In this document: piece after piece, positions 1 through 15,179 of the stretch
Layout: the number at the start of each line of letters is the position of its first letter
Numbering within the stretch: position 1 is the stretch's first letter
Origin: Veleropilina oligotropha
Taxonomy: Eukaryota
DNA: 64,000 bases
Reading direction: 5' to 3'
NCBI GenBank assembly: GCA_048128005.1
Contig: JBEUKZ010000083.1
Coordinates: forward strand, 1 to 64,000
The notes under the pieces: generated by a model
Database searches by the model: none
The model's input: the letters and a program-made list of their open reading frames with translations, nothing else
What the model was told of the DNA's origin: nothing
Position numbers and translations under genes: made by a program

Positions 1-3000
1 AAGTGAACTACTATTGATGTCTGTAGTTGACATTTATCAAATTTACGTGATAAAATCGAAAAACAGGAAGTGCCTCGGCGGCCATTAAAGCATTTGTTTC
101 AAGTGGCAATATATCAAAAAGGATGCTCCGCAGACACATAGTTACTATGGGGAGCCTAGGAAGTCATGGTTCATCGTTCACATGTGACCTTGACCTTTGA
201 CCTCGTTGACCTACATTGCAGTATATGACCTAAATTAAGGAAAACGCCCTATTTTTCCCAGGAAATGGTCACGAAATGGCCAACCTCGGTTAATATTGAT
301 GCTAGAGCTTAGATATTTTGAATGGAAATAATAAAAAATTCGATCTAAAAACTTTCAATTTTTTTTTAAAAATTTTAAAAAAAAATTGGAAAAAAATCCT
401 AAAATTTTTAAAATATCCAGGAATATAACTTGGAGCCCTATACAGCTGCTAGCAGCTTTTATTAGACTTAGTTTTTTTAGATGAATATTGCTTCATAGGG
501 CCTCAAAAAATCGTCCTTTTTCTTCCAGATTTTTGCATAAAATATACTATATAAAGATCGTTATATTAGAGAATTGTGACAAGAATACAATAAGTACTTT
601 CATTGTTTAAAAAATACTATTTTAATTCCTCGTCTCATTTCGGCGCGACCAGCTCAGTGCTAATTGCCTTACCAGGATGAAGTAGGCAGTTTATGAAGCC
701 TGTCTCTTTGAGGTGTCATAAAGCCGCGCAGCAACCCTGTCCAGTGGACAGCAAGGCCCTTCAGAAGTTCTGCTATCAGGCTTAAGTAAACATTTAGCCA
801 ACAGAAGGCTACATGATTCATTAACTGTTAATATATGGTGAAAACATTGATATTCTGTTGGTCAGTCCAGTTGCGCATTCATTATTATAGATACTTCTTA
901 ATTTCCATCATAGGTTAATGCACAAGATAATAGATTTAAAAACTACTATACGGCGTAGAAATCTAAGATTGGCGGCATTCGATTCAGAGTGGCCATATGT
1001 ATATCTTAAAATATAAAAAAAAAAATTTTACATTTAGTATTTTTTGTAATTTTATTTTTTTTAAATTAAACTTTTTTATTTTTTTGTATTTTACGTCTTT
1101 TTTTTATTTCGTTTATCTGATTGAAGCCCTCACAGCTGCTCGCAGCTTTAATTATTATTATTATTATTATTATTATTCTGACGTTTTTTGTAAACACTTT
1201 AGCGCAAAAACGGCTATAGCTACAGCTTTCAAAATTCATGCGTGGGTGGGCACATCATTGAAGCATTGCCTCGTTCTAATTTCAAGTTTCTGGATTGCGT
1301 ACTTTGGTCGTAATCTTTAATTTTGTAAACAAGTGACCACTTTTTAAAAAGTATACTCCTCGGAAACGGCTTTAGAGATCGAGACAAAATCATCACTGGC
1401 ATGATCTAGACCACTGACACTAAAAATTTATGCAGCGAAATTTTCATATGTTCAATGCTAAGGTCGCTAGGGGCGTCCGAATCTTTTCAAAACCGGCGGC
1501 CATAGTGAAATCAATTTAAAATGGCTATAGCTTGGAAATGATGCAACGTAGACCCATGGTTACTATGGGGAGCCTATGGGAAGTCATGGGTGGGCTTTCG
1601 AAAATGACCTTGACCTTTGACCTCAGGTGACCTACATTGCAGGAAATGACCTAATTAAGGAAAAATGCATACATGTGTGCCCATAGTGGTTGAAGTGAAC
1701 TACTATTGATGTCTGTAGTTGACATTTATCAAATTTACGTGATAAAATCGAAAAACAGGAAGTGCCTCGGCGGCCATTAAAGCATTTGTTTCAAGTGGCA
1801 ATATATCAAAAAGGATGCTCCGCAGACACATAGTTACTATGGGGAGCCTATGGGAAGTCATGGTTCATCGTTCACATGTGACCTTGACCTTTGACCTCAG
1901 TTGACCTACATTGCAGTATATGACCTAATTAAGGAAAACGCCCTATTTTTCCCAGGAAATGGTCACGAAATGGCCAACTCGGTTAATATTGATGCTAGAG
2001 CTTAGATATTTTGAATGGAAATAATAAAAAAATTCGATCTAAAAACTTTCAATTTTTTTTAAAAAATTTTAAAAAAATTTGAAAAAATCCTAAAATTTTT
2101 AAAATATCCAGGAATATAACTTGGAGCCCTATACAGCTGCTAGCAGCTTTTATTAGACTTAGTTTTTTTAGATGAATATTGCTTCATAGCGCCTCTAAAA
2201 ATCGTCCTTTTTCTTCCAGATTTTCGCATAAAATATACTATATAAAGATCGTTATATTAGAGAATTGTGACAAGAATACAATAAGTACTTTCATTGTTTA
2301 AAAAATACTATTTTAATTCCTCGTCTCATTTCGGCGCGACCAGCTCAGTGCTAATTGCCTTACCAGATGAAGTAGGCAGTTTATGAGCCTGTCTCTTTGA
2401 GGTGTCATAAAGCCGCGCAGCAACCCTGTCCAGTGGACAGCAAGGCCCTTCAGAAGTTCTGCTATCAGGCTTAAGTAAACATTTAGCCAACAGAAGGCTA
2501 CATGATTCATTAACTGTTAATATATGGTGAAAACATTGATATTCTGTTGGTCAGTCCAGTTGCGCATTCATTATTATAGATACTTCTTAATTTCCATCAA
2601 AAATGCATAAGATAATAGATTTAAAAACTACTATACGGCGTAGAAATCTAAGATTGGCGGCATTCGATTCAGAGTGGCCATATGTATATCTTAAAATATA
2701 AAAAAAAAAAATTTACATTTAGTATTTTTTGTAATTTTTTTTTTTTTAAATTAAACTTTTTTATTTTTTTGTATTTTACGTCTTTTTTTTATTTCGTTTA
2801 TCTGATTGAAGCCCTCACAGCTGCTCGCAGCTTTAATTATTATTATTATTATTATTATTCTGACGTTTTTTGTAAACACTTTAGCGCAAAAACGGCTATA
2901 GCTACAGCTTTCAAAATTCATGCTTGGTTGGGCACATCATTGAAGCATTGCCTCGTTCTAATTTCAAGCTTCTGGATTGCGTACTTTGGTCGTAATCTTT

Positions 3001-5730
3001 AATTTTGTAAACAAGTGACCACTTTTTAAAAAGTATACTCCTCGGAAACGGCTTTAGAGATCGAGACAAAATCATCACTGGCATGATCTAGACCACTGAC
3101 ACTAAAAATTTATGCAGCGAAATTTTCATATGTTCAATGCTAAGGTCGCTAGGGGCGTCCGAATCTTTTCAAAACCGGCGGCCATAGTGAAATCAATTTA
3201 AAATGGCTATAGCTTGGAAATGATGCAACGTAGACCCATGGTTACTATGGGGAGCCTATGGGAAGTCATGGGTGGGCTTTCGAAAATGACCTTGACCTTT
3301 GACCTCAGGTGACCTACATTGCAGGAAATGACCTAATTAAGGAAAAATGCATACATGTGTGCCCATAGTGGTTGAAGTGAACTACTATTGATGTCTGTAG
3401 TTGACATTTATCAAATTTACGTGATAAAATCGAAAAACAGGAAGTGGCTCGGCGGCCATTAAAGCATTTGTTTCAAGTGGCAATATATCAAAAAGGATGC
3501 TCCGCAGACGCATAGTTACTATGGGGAGCCTATGGGAAGTCATGGTTCATCGTTCACATGTGACCTTGACCTTTGACCTCAGTTGACCTACATTGCAGTA
3601 TATGACCTAATTAAGGAAAACGCCCTATTTTTTCCAGAAAATGGTCACGAAATGGCCAACTCGGTTAATATTGATGCTAGAGCTTAGATATTTTGAATGG
3701 AAATAATAAAAAAATTCGATCTAAAAACTTTCAATTTTTTTTAAAAATTTTTAAAAAAATTTGAAAAAATCCTAAAATTTTTAGAATATCCAGGAATATA
3801 ACTTGGAGCCCTATACAGCTGCTAGCAGCTTTTATTAGACTTAGTTTTTTTAGATGAATATTGCTTCATAGCGCCTCTAAAAATCGTCCTTTTTCTTCCA
3901 GATTTTCGCATAAAATATACTATATAAAGATCGTTATATTAGAGAATTGTGACAAGAATACAATAAGTACTTTCATTGTTTAAAAAATACTATTTTAATT
4001 CCTCGTCTCATGTCGACGCGACCAGCTCAGTGCTAATTACCTTACCTGATGAAGTAGGCAGTTTATGAGCCTGCCTCTTTGAGGTGTCATAAATTCTGAC
4101 GTTTTTTGTAAACACTTTAGCGCAAAAACGGCTATAGCTGCATAGTTGTAAGTTGCCATATAGTTAGTACTATAGCTGAATTGATGCATACAACTTTTTG
4201 AGTCACATGACCGCGCCGGTTTGTCGGCCATCTTGGATTACGTCATAAACTAGCTTCTTGTATAACTTTGTTAATATTTAACCTAGCGGGACATGATTAG
4301 TATATTCAGATGCCAGAGTCGCTTGTCAAAAATGTCATGAGAGTGGATTTTTGAATTTTTAATTTAACCGGCGGCCATAGTGAAATCAATTTAAAATGGC
4401 TATAGCTTGGAAATGATGCAACGTAGACCCATGGTTACTATGGGGAGCCTATGGGAAGTCATGGGTGGGCTTTCGAAAATGAACTTGACCTTTGACCTCA
4501 GGTGACCTACATTGCAGGAAATGACCTAATTAAGGAAAAATGCATACATGTGTGCCCATAGTGGTTGAAGTGAACTACTATTGATGTCTGTAGTTGACAT
4601 TTATCAAATTTACGTGATCAAATCGAAAAACAGGAAGTGCCTCGGCGGCCATTAAAGCATTTGTTTCAAGTGGCAATATATAAAAAAGGATGCTCCGCAG
4701 ACACATAGTTACTATGGGGAGCCTATGGGAAGTCATGGTTCATCGTTCACATGTGACCTTGACCTTTGACCTCAGTTGACCTACATTGCAGTATATGACC
4801 TAATTAAGGAAAACGCCCTATTTTTTCCAGAAAATGGTCACGAAATGGCCAACTCGGTTAATATTGATGCTAGAGGTTAGATATTTTGAATGGAAATAAT
4901 AAAAAAATTCGATCTAAAAACTTTCAATTTTTTTTAAAAATTTTTAAAAAAAATTGAAAAAATCCTAAAATTTTTAGAAAATCCAGGAATATAACTTGGA
5001 GCCCTATACAGCTGCTAGCAGCTTTTATTAGACTTAGTTTTTTTAGATGAATATTGCTTCATAGCGCCTCTAAAAATCGTCCTTTTTCTTCCAGATTTTC
5101 GCATAAAATATACTATATAAAGATCGTTATATTAGAGAATTGTGACAAGAATACAATAAGTACTTTCATTGTTTAAAAAATACTATTTTAATTCCTCGTC
5201 TCATGTCGGCGCGACCAGCTCAGTGCTAATTGCCTTACCAGATGAAGTAGGCAGTTTATGAGCCTGCCTCTTTGAGGTGTCATAAAGCCGCGCAGCAACC
5301 CTGTCCAGTGGACAGCAAGGCCCTTCAGAAGTTCTGCTATCAGGCTTAAGTAAACATTTAGCCAACAGAAGGCTACATGATTCATTAACTGTTAATATAT
5401 GGTGAAAACATTGATATTCTGTTGGTCAGTCCAGTTGCGCATTCATTATTATAGATACTTCTTAATTTCCATCATAGGTTAATGCACAAGATAATAGATT
5501 TAAAAACTACTATACGGCGTAGAAATCTAAGATTGGCGGCATTCGATTCAGAGTGGCCATATGTATATCTTAAAATATAAAAAAAAAAAATTTACATTTA
5601 GTATTTTTTGTAATTTTTTTTTTTTTAAATTAAACTTTTTAATTTTTTTGTATTTTACGTCTTTTTTTTATTTCGTTTATCTGCTTGAAGCCCTCACAGC
5701 TGCTCGCAGCTTTAATTATTATTATTATTT
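1..5730. repeat. Tandem array of a ~1.69-kb unit, probably a non-autonomous Helitron/Helentron-like element
   Basis: The marker AAGTGAACTACTATTGATGTCTG recurs at 1, 1693, 3375 and 4568. Units are nearly identical and contain TGACCTTGACCTTTGACC motifs and (TAT)n. The third unit is rearranged (~4090-4370). The Helitron-like assignment is inference. Confidence 0.85.
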
Positions 5731-5739
5731 AATACATTT

Positions 5740-6300
5740 ATAATGCGCCTATTCTAGTGTAGCTCTAAGCGCAGTACAAACTATAACTAATATTACAGTA
5801 CAATGTACACAAGAATATACAGGAGAGACATCAATGATACATACTATGAATGCAATAAGCAATAATAATAATAAACAGAATATTTTTTGTTGAGTTTTTT
5901 TCAATTTTATTATTATTTTTTTTTTTACAAGCGCAATCAGACAAAGCGGTGAAGCAGCCCCTGCGTGAACTTCAACCAACTTTGAATGGTACATATGATG
6001 AATGCTATAAGCAATAACAATGAACAGATGTGAAGCAGTCATTACTGTCCTCCACTACTATGATGTCAGCTGAATTGTTAGTGAGATTTGATCAGGTTGG
6101 CATATACATCAGCAAATAGGTGTGTTTTCAACGTCTTCCGAAAACTTGTCTGAGATGTGCTTTCCTTTACTTTAGATGGGAGTTTGTTCCAGAGTTTTGG
6201 GGCATTGTTGATAAATGCTCTATCGCCATATTTATTCATTGTTCTATTCTCTGTCACCTGTTGTAATTGCTGCGACCTAAGTGCTCTAATAGGTCGATAT
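5740..6300 (-). mobile_element. 3' remnant of a CR1/L2-type LINE
   Basis: The minus strand at ~6110-6230 translates as YGDRAFINNAPKLWNKLPSKVKESTSQTSFRKTLKTHLF, typical of L2/CR1 ORF2 C-termini. Boundaries are approximate. Confidence 0.65.
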
Positions 6301-6788
6301 TGAGCCAGAATGTAGTCGGGGTCACCAATTTAGCGTCTCGTCCGACAGACGGATACTGTGTGCAATGCAGACGAGGTATACCTGTGACATTCTCGGCACT
6401 CCCGGGAATCGAAATCGGATATAAAATGTCGCGGTCCAGCATCATATCCACTAAGCTACGGCCCCGTCATCAAAGAAATGACAAAAATATTGTGATCACG
6501 CTTTACATGGACTTTATATGGAGTACTTGGACTTCCAGTACCAGAACAGATGGGTGTCATGTCCATGTGCATTTCATACATCATTGTGTGTCCTCAGATG
6601 CTTGGATAAGACTCTAGAAGGCAGCGGAATAGAGGACGCTTGGGTCCCGGCATCAATGTAAGTTCCATTACAGTGAATCAGATAATTAATGGTAATCATT
6701 ACAGCTGAGCGTTAGAGCTGCACATTTTTACACTCAACATGCTTTACGAGCTTTGGCGGGAAGGTTTCTTCTCATGGCAATTGTCTAT

Positions 6789-7215
6789 AGCCCCGTTTAC
6801 ACTACCAAGTAGAATGCGCATTAAAATAAATCGATTTCGAACCGGTTTATAATAATCCGGCTTAAATTGCGTTTAGACACAAATAAGGATTATTTCTGTG
6901 GGTGTTATCACCTTGTAATCGGAGGTCGGCGAGAGGCATGTTTTGCCGAAGTGCCAAAATAAACATTGCTCAACAGGTCGAATCATGTACAGGCATACGA
7001 CTCAAATCGAGGCTAACCGGTTTGAAGTCAGTTGGCGCATTTACATTACAAACTGGATCGGATTAAAATTCTCAAGCCGGCTTCAAACCACATCAGGAGG
7101 TGGTTCTTTTTAAGCGGGTTCAAGTCGACTTATTTGCGTTTAGACACGCAAATATAATGCGCATTATTTTAAACCGGTTTCGAACCGGCTTATATTTGGT
7201 AATGTAAACGGGGCT
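6789..7215. mobile_element. MITE with short TIRs, PIF/Harbinger-like
   Basis: AGCCCCGTTTACA (6789-6801) and TGTAAACGGGGCT (7203-7215) are inverted repeats, with further internal inverted AACCGGTT motifs. No ORF. Confidence 0.65.
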
Positions 7216-7229
7216 TAAGTGTACAGTCA

Positions 7230-10200
7230 AAGACCAGTGTTGAACTATTGTCATATGCACGTCCAGACAATATGCACGGTGTTCAAGACGCATATATGAC
7301 ATTACTTGTCACCATGGAATCCCTCAACATCGATGCCACGCACTCTGACCAACCTATGTTTAAAAGAGTACGAATGTACACGAGTCAAAACAAATGCTTG
7401 CTTAAAATAATTGATGGCATATCTCTAATTTATGACGATCAGATCGCAATGAGACCCTAAATAGGGTATCCCGACTACGATAATGATGAAAAAATTGCCA
7501 AGGTGGTCGTAAAACAAAGTTGCCAACCAAACAACTACATGCATCAAGTAATGACCCTTCTGTAGCTAGGCACACTCCAGGGTGACTGGTTTCTCAATCT
7601 GTCATCTCTTGAAAAACTGTGTGGGCGTTTTGCCTACGACAGACATCACCACGTACAACATATCATACAATATGTTGCACGCATGTTCAGCTCCAAGCCA
7701 CAAATCCTGATATCTGGAATCAGTTCAAGTAATTAGAATTCACAGTAAATACATCAAACCAGATTTCATTCACTCGCCTACGGATAGTTAAAGGACAAGA
7801 GCATTGATACAAAACACGTACAGACCATGGTTTTATCAATGGCGTCACACAATTTCTTGAGACACTTTCGAAGTTCCGCATGTGTGCATCCGAACTGACA
7901 AGAATTGCCTCAGAGACAGAGGTCATGGTCGGAATGTCAAACATACACAGAACACAACACCATAGCCTAAATCGGTCAATAATGATGAAGCAAGAACTTG
8001 CAATAGCGAAACTATCTTCTGTTCTAGAACAATGTGGCATCTTCACGTCAGACGAGAGCAAATGGTCAAACTCAGCACAAAGGAGGTAGTTTACAAGAAG
8101 ACGAAACAATGTATACTGTCACAGTGTGAGAAAAAACATATGGAGCAGCTGAGAAAGTAAACTGTTGGATAAAATGACTAAATGCTAAACATTGTCATGG
8201 AACTCACCAATCAAAGAAATCAAGCTGCATGCGAAGTCAGAAATACTCACACTTCGAGCTACAACAGGTTTCATGTCAACATTACTAATGATTGCACGCT
8301 CATCCCGGGAAATAGATATGAAATAACTAATTCGCAAATATGACTTTTCGACAACGAACATGATGGTCTCGTCTATTCGACATTAGACAAGAGTACAGTC
8401 ATCTCAATTTTGGAGAATCCCCCGGAACCAATAACAACCGATTCATTGGCTCCAATTATATATCAAGAAGCACCAACACATACTTGCCTCATAGTTTATT
8501 CAATGGCGGTGGTGCAAGAGTTAGTGAATGTGAAATCCTTCGAAAATTGTAAGGATCTCGGCAAAGCTTACGATACAATGATCAGAGCAAAGGCGCGAAA
8601 GTACGATACTACCATCTGAGTAATATTTGATAATTATTCTGTGAAAGGATCGCTGAAGGAGGCATCAAGAGAATGACGTACATATTGCAAGGCAGAATCG
8701 AAACAGTACAAAGTGGATGGCACATTGAAATTAAAAAATGTCAAGATTGTTCTTGGGAGCACAGACACCAAAAATAATCTATAACTCTATTCCTGGCACG
8801 AAAACGTGTGGATAGTGCACGGCAATACATTATTACTGCTACAGAGAAAAGTGCACTTCTTTTCAAGAAGAAAAGGGCACCCTTATCATCGCACACGCTG
8901 TAGACGCAGAAACGTCAGGGTGTACAGTGCACATATACAGCCAAGATACATATGTTTATTTACTAGCATTGAGTCGTGTACCTCCGCATGGTGATAATGC
9001 AGCTATGCTGATACCCACAGGTGATCGCCGACGTCATGTCATGCTACGACCAATATATGATGCACTTGGGTTCGACAAAGCAAACGCTTTGTGCAGGTGG
9101 CATTCGCTCACCAGATGTGCCACCACAGGTCATATAAGGAAAATCGACGAAGGCGTGTTTGGAATCAGTCCTAAAAACCGGTCCAGTGATTGTTTCTTCC
9201 ATAGCTAATCTAGGCGTGGTATTGAGCCTTCTTGTGAAACCATCGAGGGGATGCATATCATATTTATATTATTTGTTTTGGAAGAAGGGTGTGTGTATTA
9301 AGGCACCACACAACCTCAGATAGGTTTTGTTTAAACATCATGGAATAGACAGGCATTGAAATTACCACCCACACATGGAGCCAGGATACAGCACATACGA
9401 AGAGCCCATGTCCAATCAGCATTTTGGGAGCAGGATCTCAATCTCCACCATATTGTTCCAGATCCCCTGAACCTGGGCAAGATTAGAGAAGACAATCGTT
9501 GGATTCCCGTGCTGTCGAAGGTTGCAACAGTCCCAACTGCTGTAGTAGAGTTAGTCAGATGTACCTGTGGTATCAACAATCCGAACACACATAATAATGG
9601 TGGATCAGCCAGATGTTCATGCCGATCCAAGGAATTGTCGTTGTGCGAACTGGTGGAAACAAAATGGGAAACCATGTCAAGTCGACGATATAAACATCGA
9701 ATGTTAACTTTTTTTAAATGTTCCACCATAAGACCCCATGTTACCTAAATATTTTGGTTCCACCAAAAGTGCAACAGTATTGTGATAGGCCCCTTAGAAA
9801 TAGTGATAATCTTTATCCACCCACTTGTAGATCCAATTTGTACCAAAACTCTTTCTTACCAGCAACTGTAAAGGAATGGAACTTATTGCCAATTAGTGTT
9901 AGAGAAAACCCTTCCATTTCAGCGTTCAAATATTATTTGAATTCTGACTCGTCGGGAGTTAAAAACTACTACTGTTATGGAGATAGATTATCCCAAGTTT
10001 TTCACGCAAGGTTAAGACTTGGGTGTAGTTCTTTAAACTTTCACTTATTTCAAAACCATGTATCTGAAAGCGAGCTATGCTCATGTGGACAAATTGAAAC
10101 TTGCAGTCATTTTTTAATTGAATGTACAAATTATTCAAATATAAGGAACGTCACTATAGGTCTTCTTGATTTGACTCATCTAACGGTTCAAGACATGCTT

Positions 10201-11070
10201 GAGGGAAGCCCGTCACTAACAGACGATCAAAACTGTGATATTTTTCGAGCAGTACATGACTTTATATTAGGTAGCAAGAGATTTACATAGAATAATTGTA
10301 GACGCCACCATTCGAAAGTTGCTAATTTCAACTTGAATAAATTATAATTACTTCTTCTTTAACATACCAACAGTTATAATGTTAATAATTGTTTTCAGTG
10401 TGTATATAGGTCTCATAGTTTATAATGATTGTTGTTGTATGACATATGTACGTTATGGGGAGATGGCTTAACATAAGTTATCATACTTGTTGCCAAATCC
10501 TCACATTATTATGATTGTTTAATTGACCATGTATGTATTTGATCAAATAAATATTGTTTAAACTAACTGTGCCAAAACATGGACAACTGCTTAAAAGAAA
10601 ATTGCACGCTGCAATAAGAAGTCTATGGTCATAAGATGTACTGTTGAATAGTGTATTTTACATATAAATACACTTTTAACATATTTTTAATCAGGTGTGT
10701 AGAGTAATAAATTTTGTGATAAACAATTTTGGTAGTAATTTGCTAAAATTGTTGATCAAATGGCGGCCATCTTGGATCTTTCAAACAAATCTGTCAGCGG
10801 CAATCATTTTCCATTGGACATTTCATATGTAGTGAAATTAGTGCAATTTGTATTGGCTACATACACTTTCTGTCAATAAATGCGTCTATCATATAGTTAA
10901 AATATAGTTAAAAATGAGTCAAAATGGCGGTCATTTTTAATTCCAAGATGGTCGACATTTGAGGGATAGGAAAATTCAGTATCAAGTGGTTTGAGGTTTA
11001 TAAATGTCATGAGAGTAATTCCTGAAATTGTACCACAAAATGCATATGGATTACACAACCCGACGGACTA
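7230..11070 (+). mobile_element. Degenerate Academ(X)-like DNA transposon (XPG-like nuclease and Cys-rich tail), interrupted by a LINE
   Basis: Frameshifted fragments read SQDTYVYLLAL, WHSLTRCATTGHI (H3TH-like), LPPT..ARIQHIRRAHVQ...W and VVELVRCTC...CSC...LCE|LCQN. The right end ...CGACGGACTA at 11070 fits TAG..CTA termini. The left end was not identified. Confidence 0.55.
9653..10564 (+). mobile_element. 5'-truncated CR1-like LINE nested in the Academ-like element
   Basis: ORF 9718-10290 (NSFLPATVKEWNLLP...RLRLGCSSLN...CSCG..ETCSHFLIEC) resembles the 44821-45408 LINE ORF and shares its AATAAATATTGTTTAAAC-type tail. It is flanked by AACTG (9648-9652 / 10565-10569), and the interrupted Cys-rich frame resumes after it. 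Confidence 0.8.
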
Positions 11071-13241
11071 GCAGTGGCTGTGCCATTTAAGACCCTAAAG
11101 CAATGGCAACTGTTTTTCCTTTCCCCATGCATATATCCTCTATGCACCGTATATGCCTTAGAAGTTTGCCTTAGTATATCTTAAGTATACAGTACTATAT
11201 AACGGCACCGTAACATGTGCTTTAGAACCCGGGTGTTACTTAGCTTATTGATATGAAGGTCAATTTTGTGACGATTTTTCTCACCCCTGTTCTTTAAAAG
11301 CTTCTGAACTCAGTCTATAAGTGAATGTTAGTATCGGTATTTCGCTTTCTTTATTAACAACGGCGCAATTAAACGTCATGGACTAAATATGCCATTTCAC
11401 ATTCATAAGTTGTTTGAATATTATAGCAATTGAATGTTAGTTTTTGAATAAGGGTAAATCTTTGTGGTTATATATATACTTTGGCATAATGATGTTTTGA
11501 TGCATTTTCGTTTTGTGTCGAAAAAGGCGACTCCAATAAATGAATCTTATTCACACTGTCATTTCTATTTATCAGCCACTTCGCAAGTAACTAGTAAACG
11601 TAACAATGGATTTCTAAAGAAGGAGTATCTGTCATTATCGGTGCTGATGAATGAGCATTTCGGCTTATGTCGGATGTCACAATACTGGGGACAACTTTGT
11701 CGCGTAGAATAGTCAAAGGGTTGGTTGGTTGTCAAATTTGTTTACGACCACTTTGGCAATATTTAAGATTTAACTTATTCGGGACACCCGGTTTAAGGTC
11801 TCACTCCGATCTGATCGACATACATATATTATTTTAAGCGGTAGAATAAGCCATCGGCTGGCCTTGAATTCGGTCCCTCCTGGCTGTTTCGGTTGTGGAT
11901 CTGACGCGCTAACCATTCACCCGCCAAAGCAGTTAGTATACATATATAGTCACAAGGAATTTGGCACGCACGCGAGCGTTCATCCGCCAGCGCACATGTA
12001 ATGTCCATTAGATCGATTCACATGAATATATCTGATGAGATCATTGGGCCACACCGGCTGCCGAGTGGATACGAGTGCGGCTCCTAAATTCACTTGCTTG
12101 TCTGCTGGGCCCTATGCCTATTATAAATGGTTTCGAATCCTCAGCTCTTCAGTTGTGCATATCGAGCGGGTGAGTGCGGTGTGCCCCGAGCGAAAGGGAT
12201 TTCCTCTCGCGATAATATTGGTAGTATGTACGGATATGGACATGAATACCGGACCATAAGCATCAAACCAAACCAATCTGATAAAAGAAATGCAATAAAA
12301 GATTTTACTTCATTATCAGTGTAGTAGCATCAGCTATACATATCATAACCGTTACCAAATCGTCACAGATGATCATGGCGATTTCGATATTGTGGTAAGT
12401 AATCAATTAACTCGCGTTGATAATCGCTTAAAGACATGACTATAATGACAACGTGAGTACAACGTGCAATGCAAATAATACAAATTGTAACGGCTCCTGC
12501 TGTGGATGATTTAGATGAGTATTTACAACGTGTAAAACCTTGTTATATCTTATCTTTGAACATTACGTAAATTTAACACCCGTGCGACTAGTTTTGAAAT
12601 ATTTATTCAATATTAAACAGATGTAGTTTGAATCATTGCTTAATATCCCATTTAAACACAATTCAGATTCATATACAACTTTTTCATATCAAAAAATTGT
12701 CTAATAGCATTAAAATTCGCTCGAAAAAAAATAAATCATTTATCAGGATATGTTCATATTATCAATGAGGGAAAGCTCACCCGCGCCAACCGGTTATAAA
12801 CAAATGTGACTAAATTATGCCTAACTGAGAATCCAAACCCATTCCTGGGAATCAGCCCAATCATTAAAATTCAATTAGGAGCCACGATCCTATCGATAAT
12901 AATTAAAATGATTAAAGTAGTCCCAATAATGATAATAATAATCATTAGAGTTACTTTTTGTTCCTATCCATAACACAGCCCCGCGGCCACTGTAACGATG
13001 TGACAAATTATACATTCACATAACGACATAATGGACTTTATAAAGGAAAATCGCTTTAACGTTACTGTTTTCATTACGTACAAGTAACCCTTTTCATGAC
13101 AATCGTAAGTGAAATCAAGAAGGTGCGTTATAAGTCCAGAAAACAGTGCATCTTGAAAATGCTGAAATAGCGACCTCTTCATGGGTGTACCCTTAACAAA
13201 GGACGAACATCAATAGAAGGCGCGGTCACTTGGATTCCACC

Positions 13242-13454
13242 TATAAAATACTTGTATAGAGGTACAATAACGGGCTCACGGAAAGAGGTTAGTGAAAGTA
13301 TAACGGTGTGTAGAGAGAATATCGACTAATAAACTGTAGTGTAGAGGGAAGCGCACAGTCCTGGAAAACGACGTGCGGAGTCGCAAGACAACACCGTGCT
13401 AATAGTCACAATCGATCAACTTAAAGGATACGTTAATATCATCTTCTGGTAAGT
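13242..13454 (+). promoter_or_regulatory. Candidate TATA box and non-coding first exon of the host Cys-rich/mucin gene
   Basis: TATAAAA at 13242-13248 and a consensus donor TG|GTAAGT at 13449, upstream of the signal-peptide exon. Confidence 0.45.
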
Positions 13455-15179
13455 ACCTATTTATACTTCAACATCGTTCCGTTAACCGTTGACATTGTTT
13501 TTAGTTATCCAAGATAATAGTCACCAACTCACCCCCAAAATTATTGTGTAAAGTGCTTCAACAAGTCTAGCGATACACATGAGTTGTAAGCGATCTGTAT
13601 AAGACAATACATTATTAGCGTTTGTGGATTTTAATAAAGTATATGTTGTACGCTTTATCTTAGATGTTGACGTTTTACATAAGTGCGACTAATTGTTTCT
13701 ATTGCTTCCGGAGTTGCCGTTCTCTACATTCTGTCGTGGCAACGTTGTTCATGTGTACTTTCAGTATATATAATATTATAGTCTTTGCTGTATTCAAAGT
13801 TGTGTCGTTTTACATTTTAAATTAGAAATTTGTCACTCAACGCTGTAGATGCCCGGGTAGGTCATGATAGATCTTAACTACCCGTATATCTTTCTTTTGC
13901 TAATATATTTTAAGACCTCGAGTTCAAGGAAAAAGGTGACATAAACACTCATGATAGTTCTGCACTGTCTTTCTTTTGCTAACGGATTTCAGTACATAAA
14001 GACCAAGGGAAAAAGGTCACATAAAAATATCATTCAATAATCAAGTGTTAAAAATTTAAAGGAGGCGTTCATTTTATAGCACCAAAATAATTGGGTGACT
14101 TTCTTATAATATAATATTATTGTTAAAGGAGCTCTGAGGATATGTCGATATTCGTAAATCTATTACCTTTTATCCAATATTCCAATTACAATTCACGAAA
14201 GTTCTCTTGCTATTATTTAAAAAATGAAAGAGATGGTTGTTGAGTAACACGAAGAAATAGGCTCGTTATATTGTTTTGATATCATAATACTGTACAAGAA
14301 AATTTGGCTCGCAAGTCCATTTTCTCCCAAAATTAAATATTCGAACAAGTAGTAGTCACGTGTGATCCTTATGTGTCAATATTGGATTGGATGGATGGCA
14401 AATTTATTTTGCGTCCACTTTGACTATTTTTCAGCCTTAACACAGTCGGTAAAAATTGGAAAGAAATTATTTATAATATCAGTGACTAGTGACCAGTAAC
14501 CAGTGACTATTAATAAAAATTTCAAATATTATTCAATTAATGATATATCCACCCCGGAAAGTGATATTCGCCTCACCGAGGCGAATATCACTTTACTTGG
14601 TAGATACATCATTTTATTCATCGGAAAAAAGTCATTAAATGTATAATATTTCCATTCAATGTTCGAACTTGTGACGTTTCATCTTTAAAAAATAATAATA
14701 ACTTTTTTAAATTTAAATAAGTGTCTGTTAAGTAGCAAAAAATAGTAATTCATTGTCAAAACCGTGATAGTTCTTCAGATATTCCCTTATCTTTGCGATC
14801 TAGACTATCGTCTTGGGACGGTATATATTTAAAATTGATATTTTAAATCCATATTTGCCGCTTTTACTTTCGAAGACTTGAAAGTCATAACGGCCGTTGT
14901 AAATGGATTGAAATACATATATCCAGTTAATCCTGTACAAAGTGCCCACACATGGATCATAGAAATGGACCCTAATTAAGGTTAATTTCGTTGTATTTAC
15001 CTCGTCGAGGGTTATTTTAAAGGCGCTCCCATAGACAGGCGGTAACTTAGGGGGTTCCACTGTATAATATATCATTTATTTAAACAAGTCCATCGTATGC
15101 ATTTGGTACACATACACCCATCCACAAACTCGCATACATATAATAAATTTTTAAATATGTTTACTTTTATATTTTAGTA

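Noticed and set aside
997..5743. Repeated ~60-107-aa ORFs in the tandem array
   Set aside because: Low-complexity F/Y/K translations of AT-rich repeat DNA; no protein-like signal.
12369..12400. Possible extra upstream mini-exon (CAG|...|GTAAGT)
   Set aside because: Splice-like signals only; no coding or other support.
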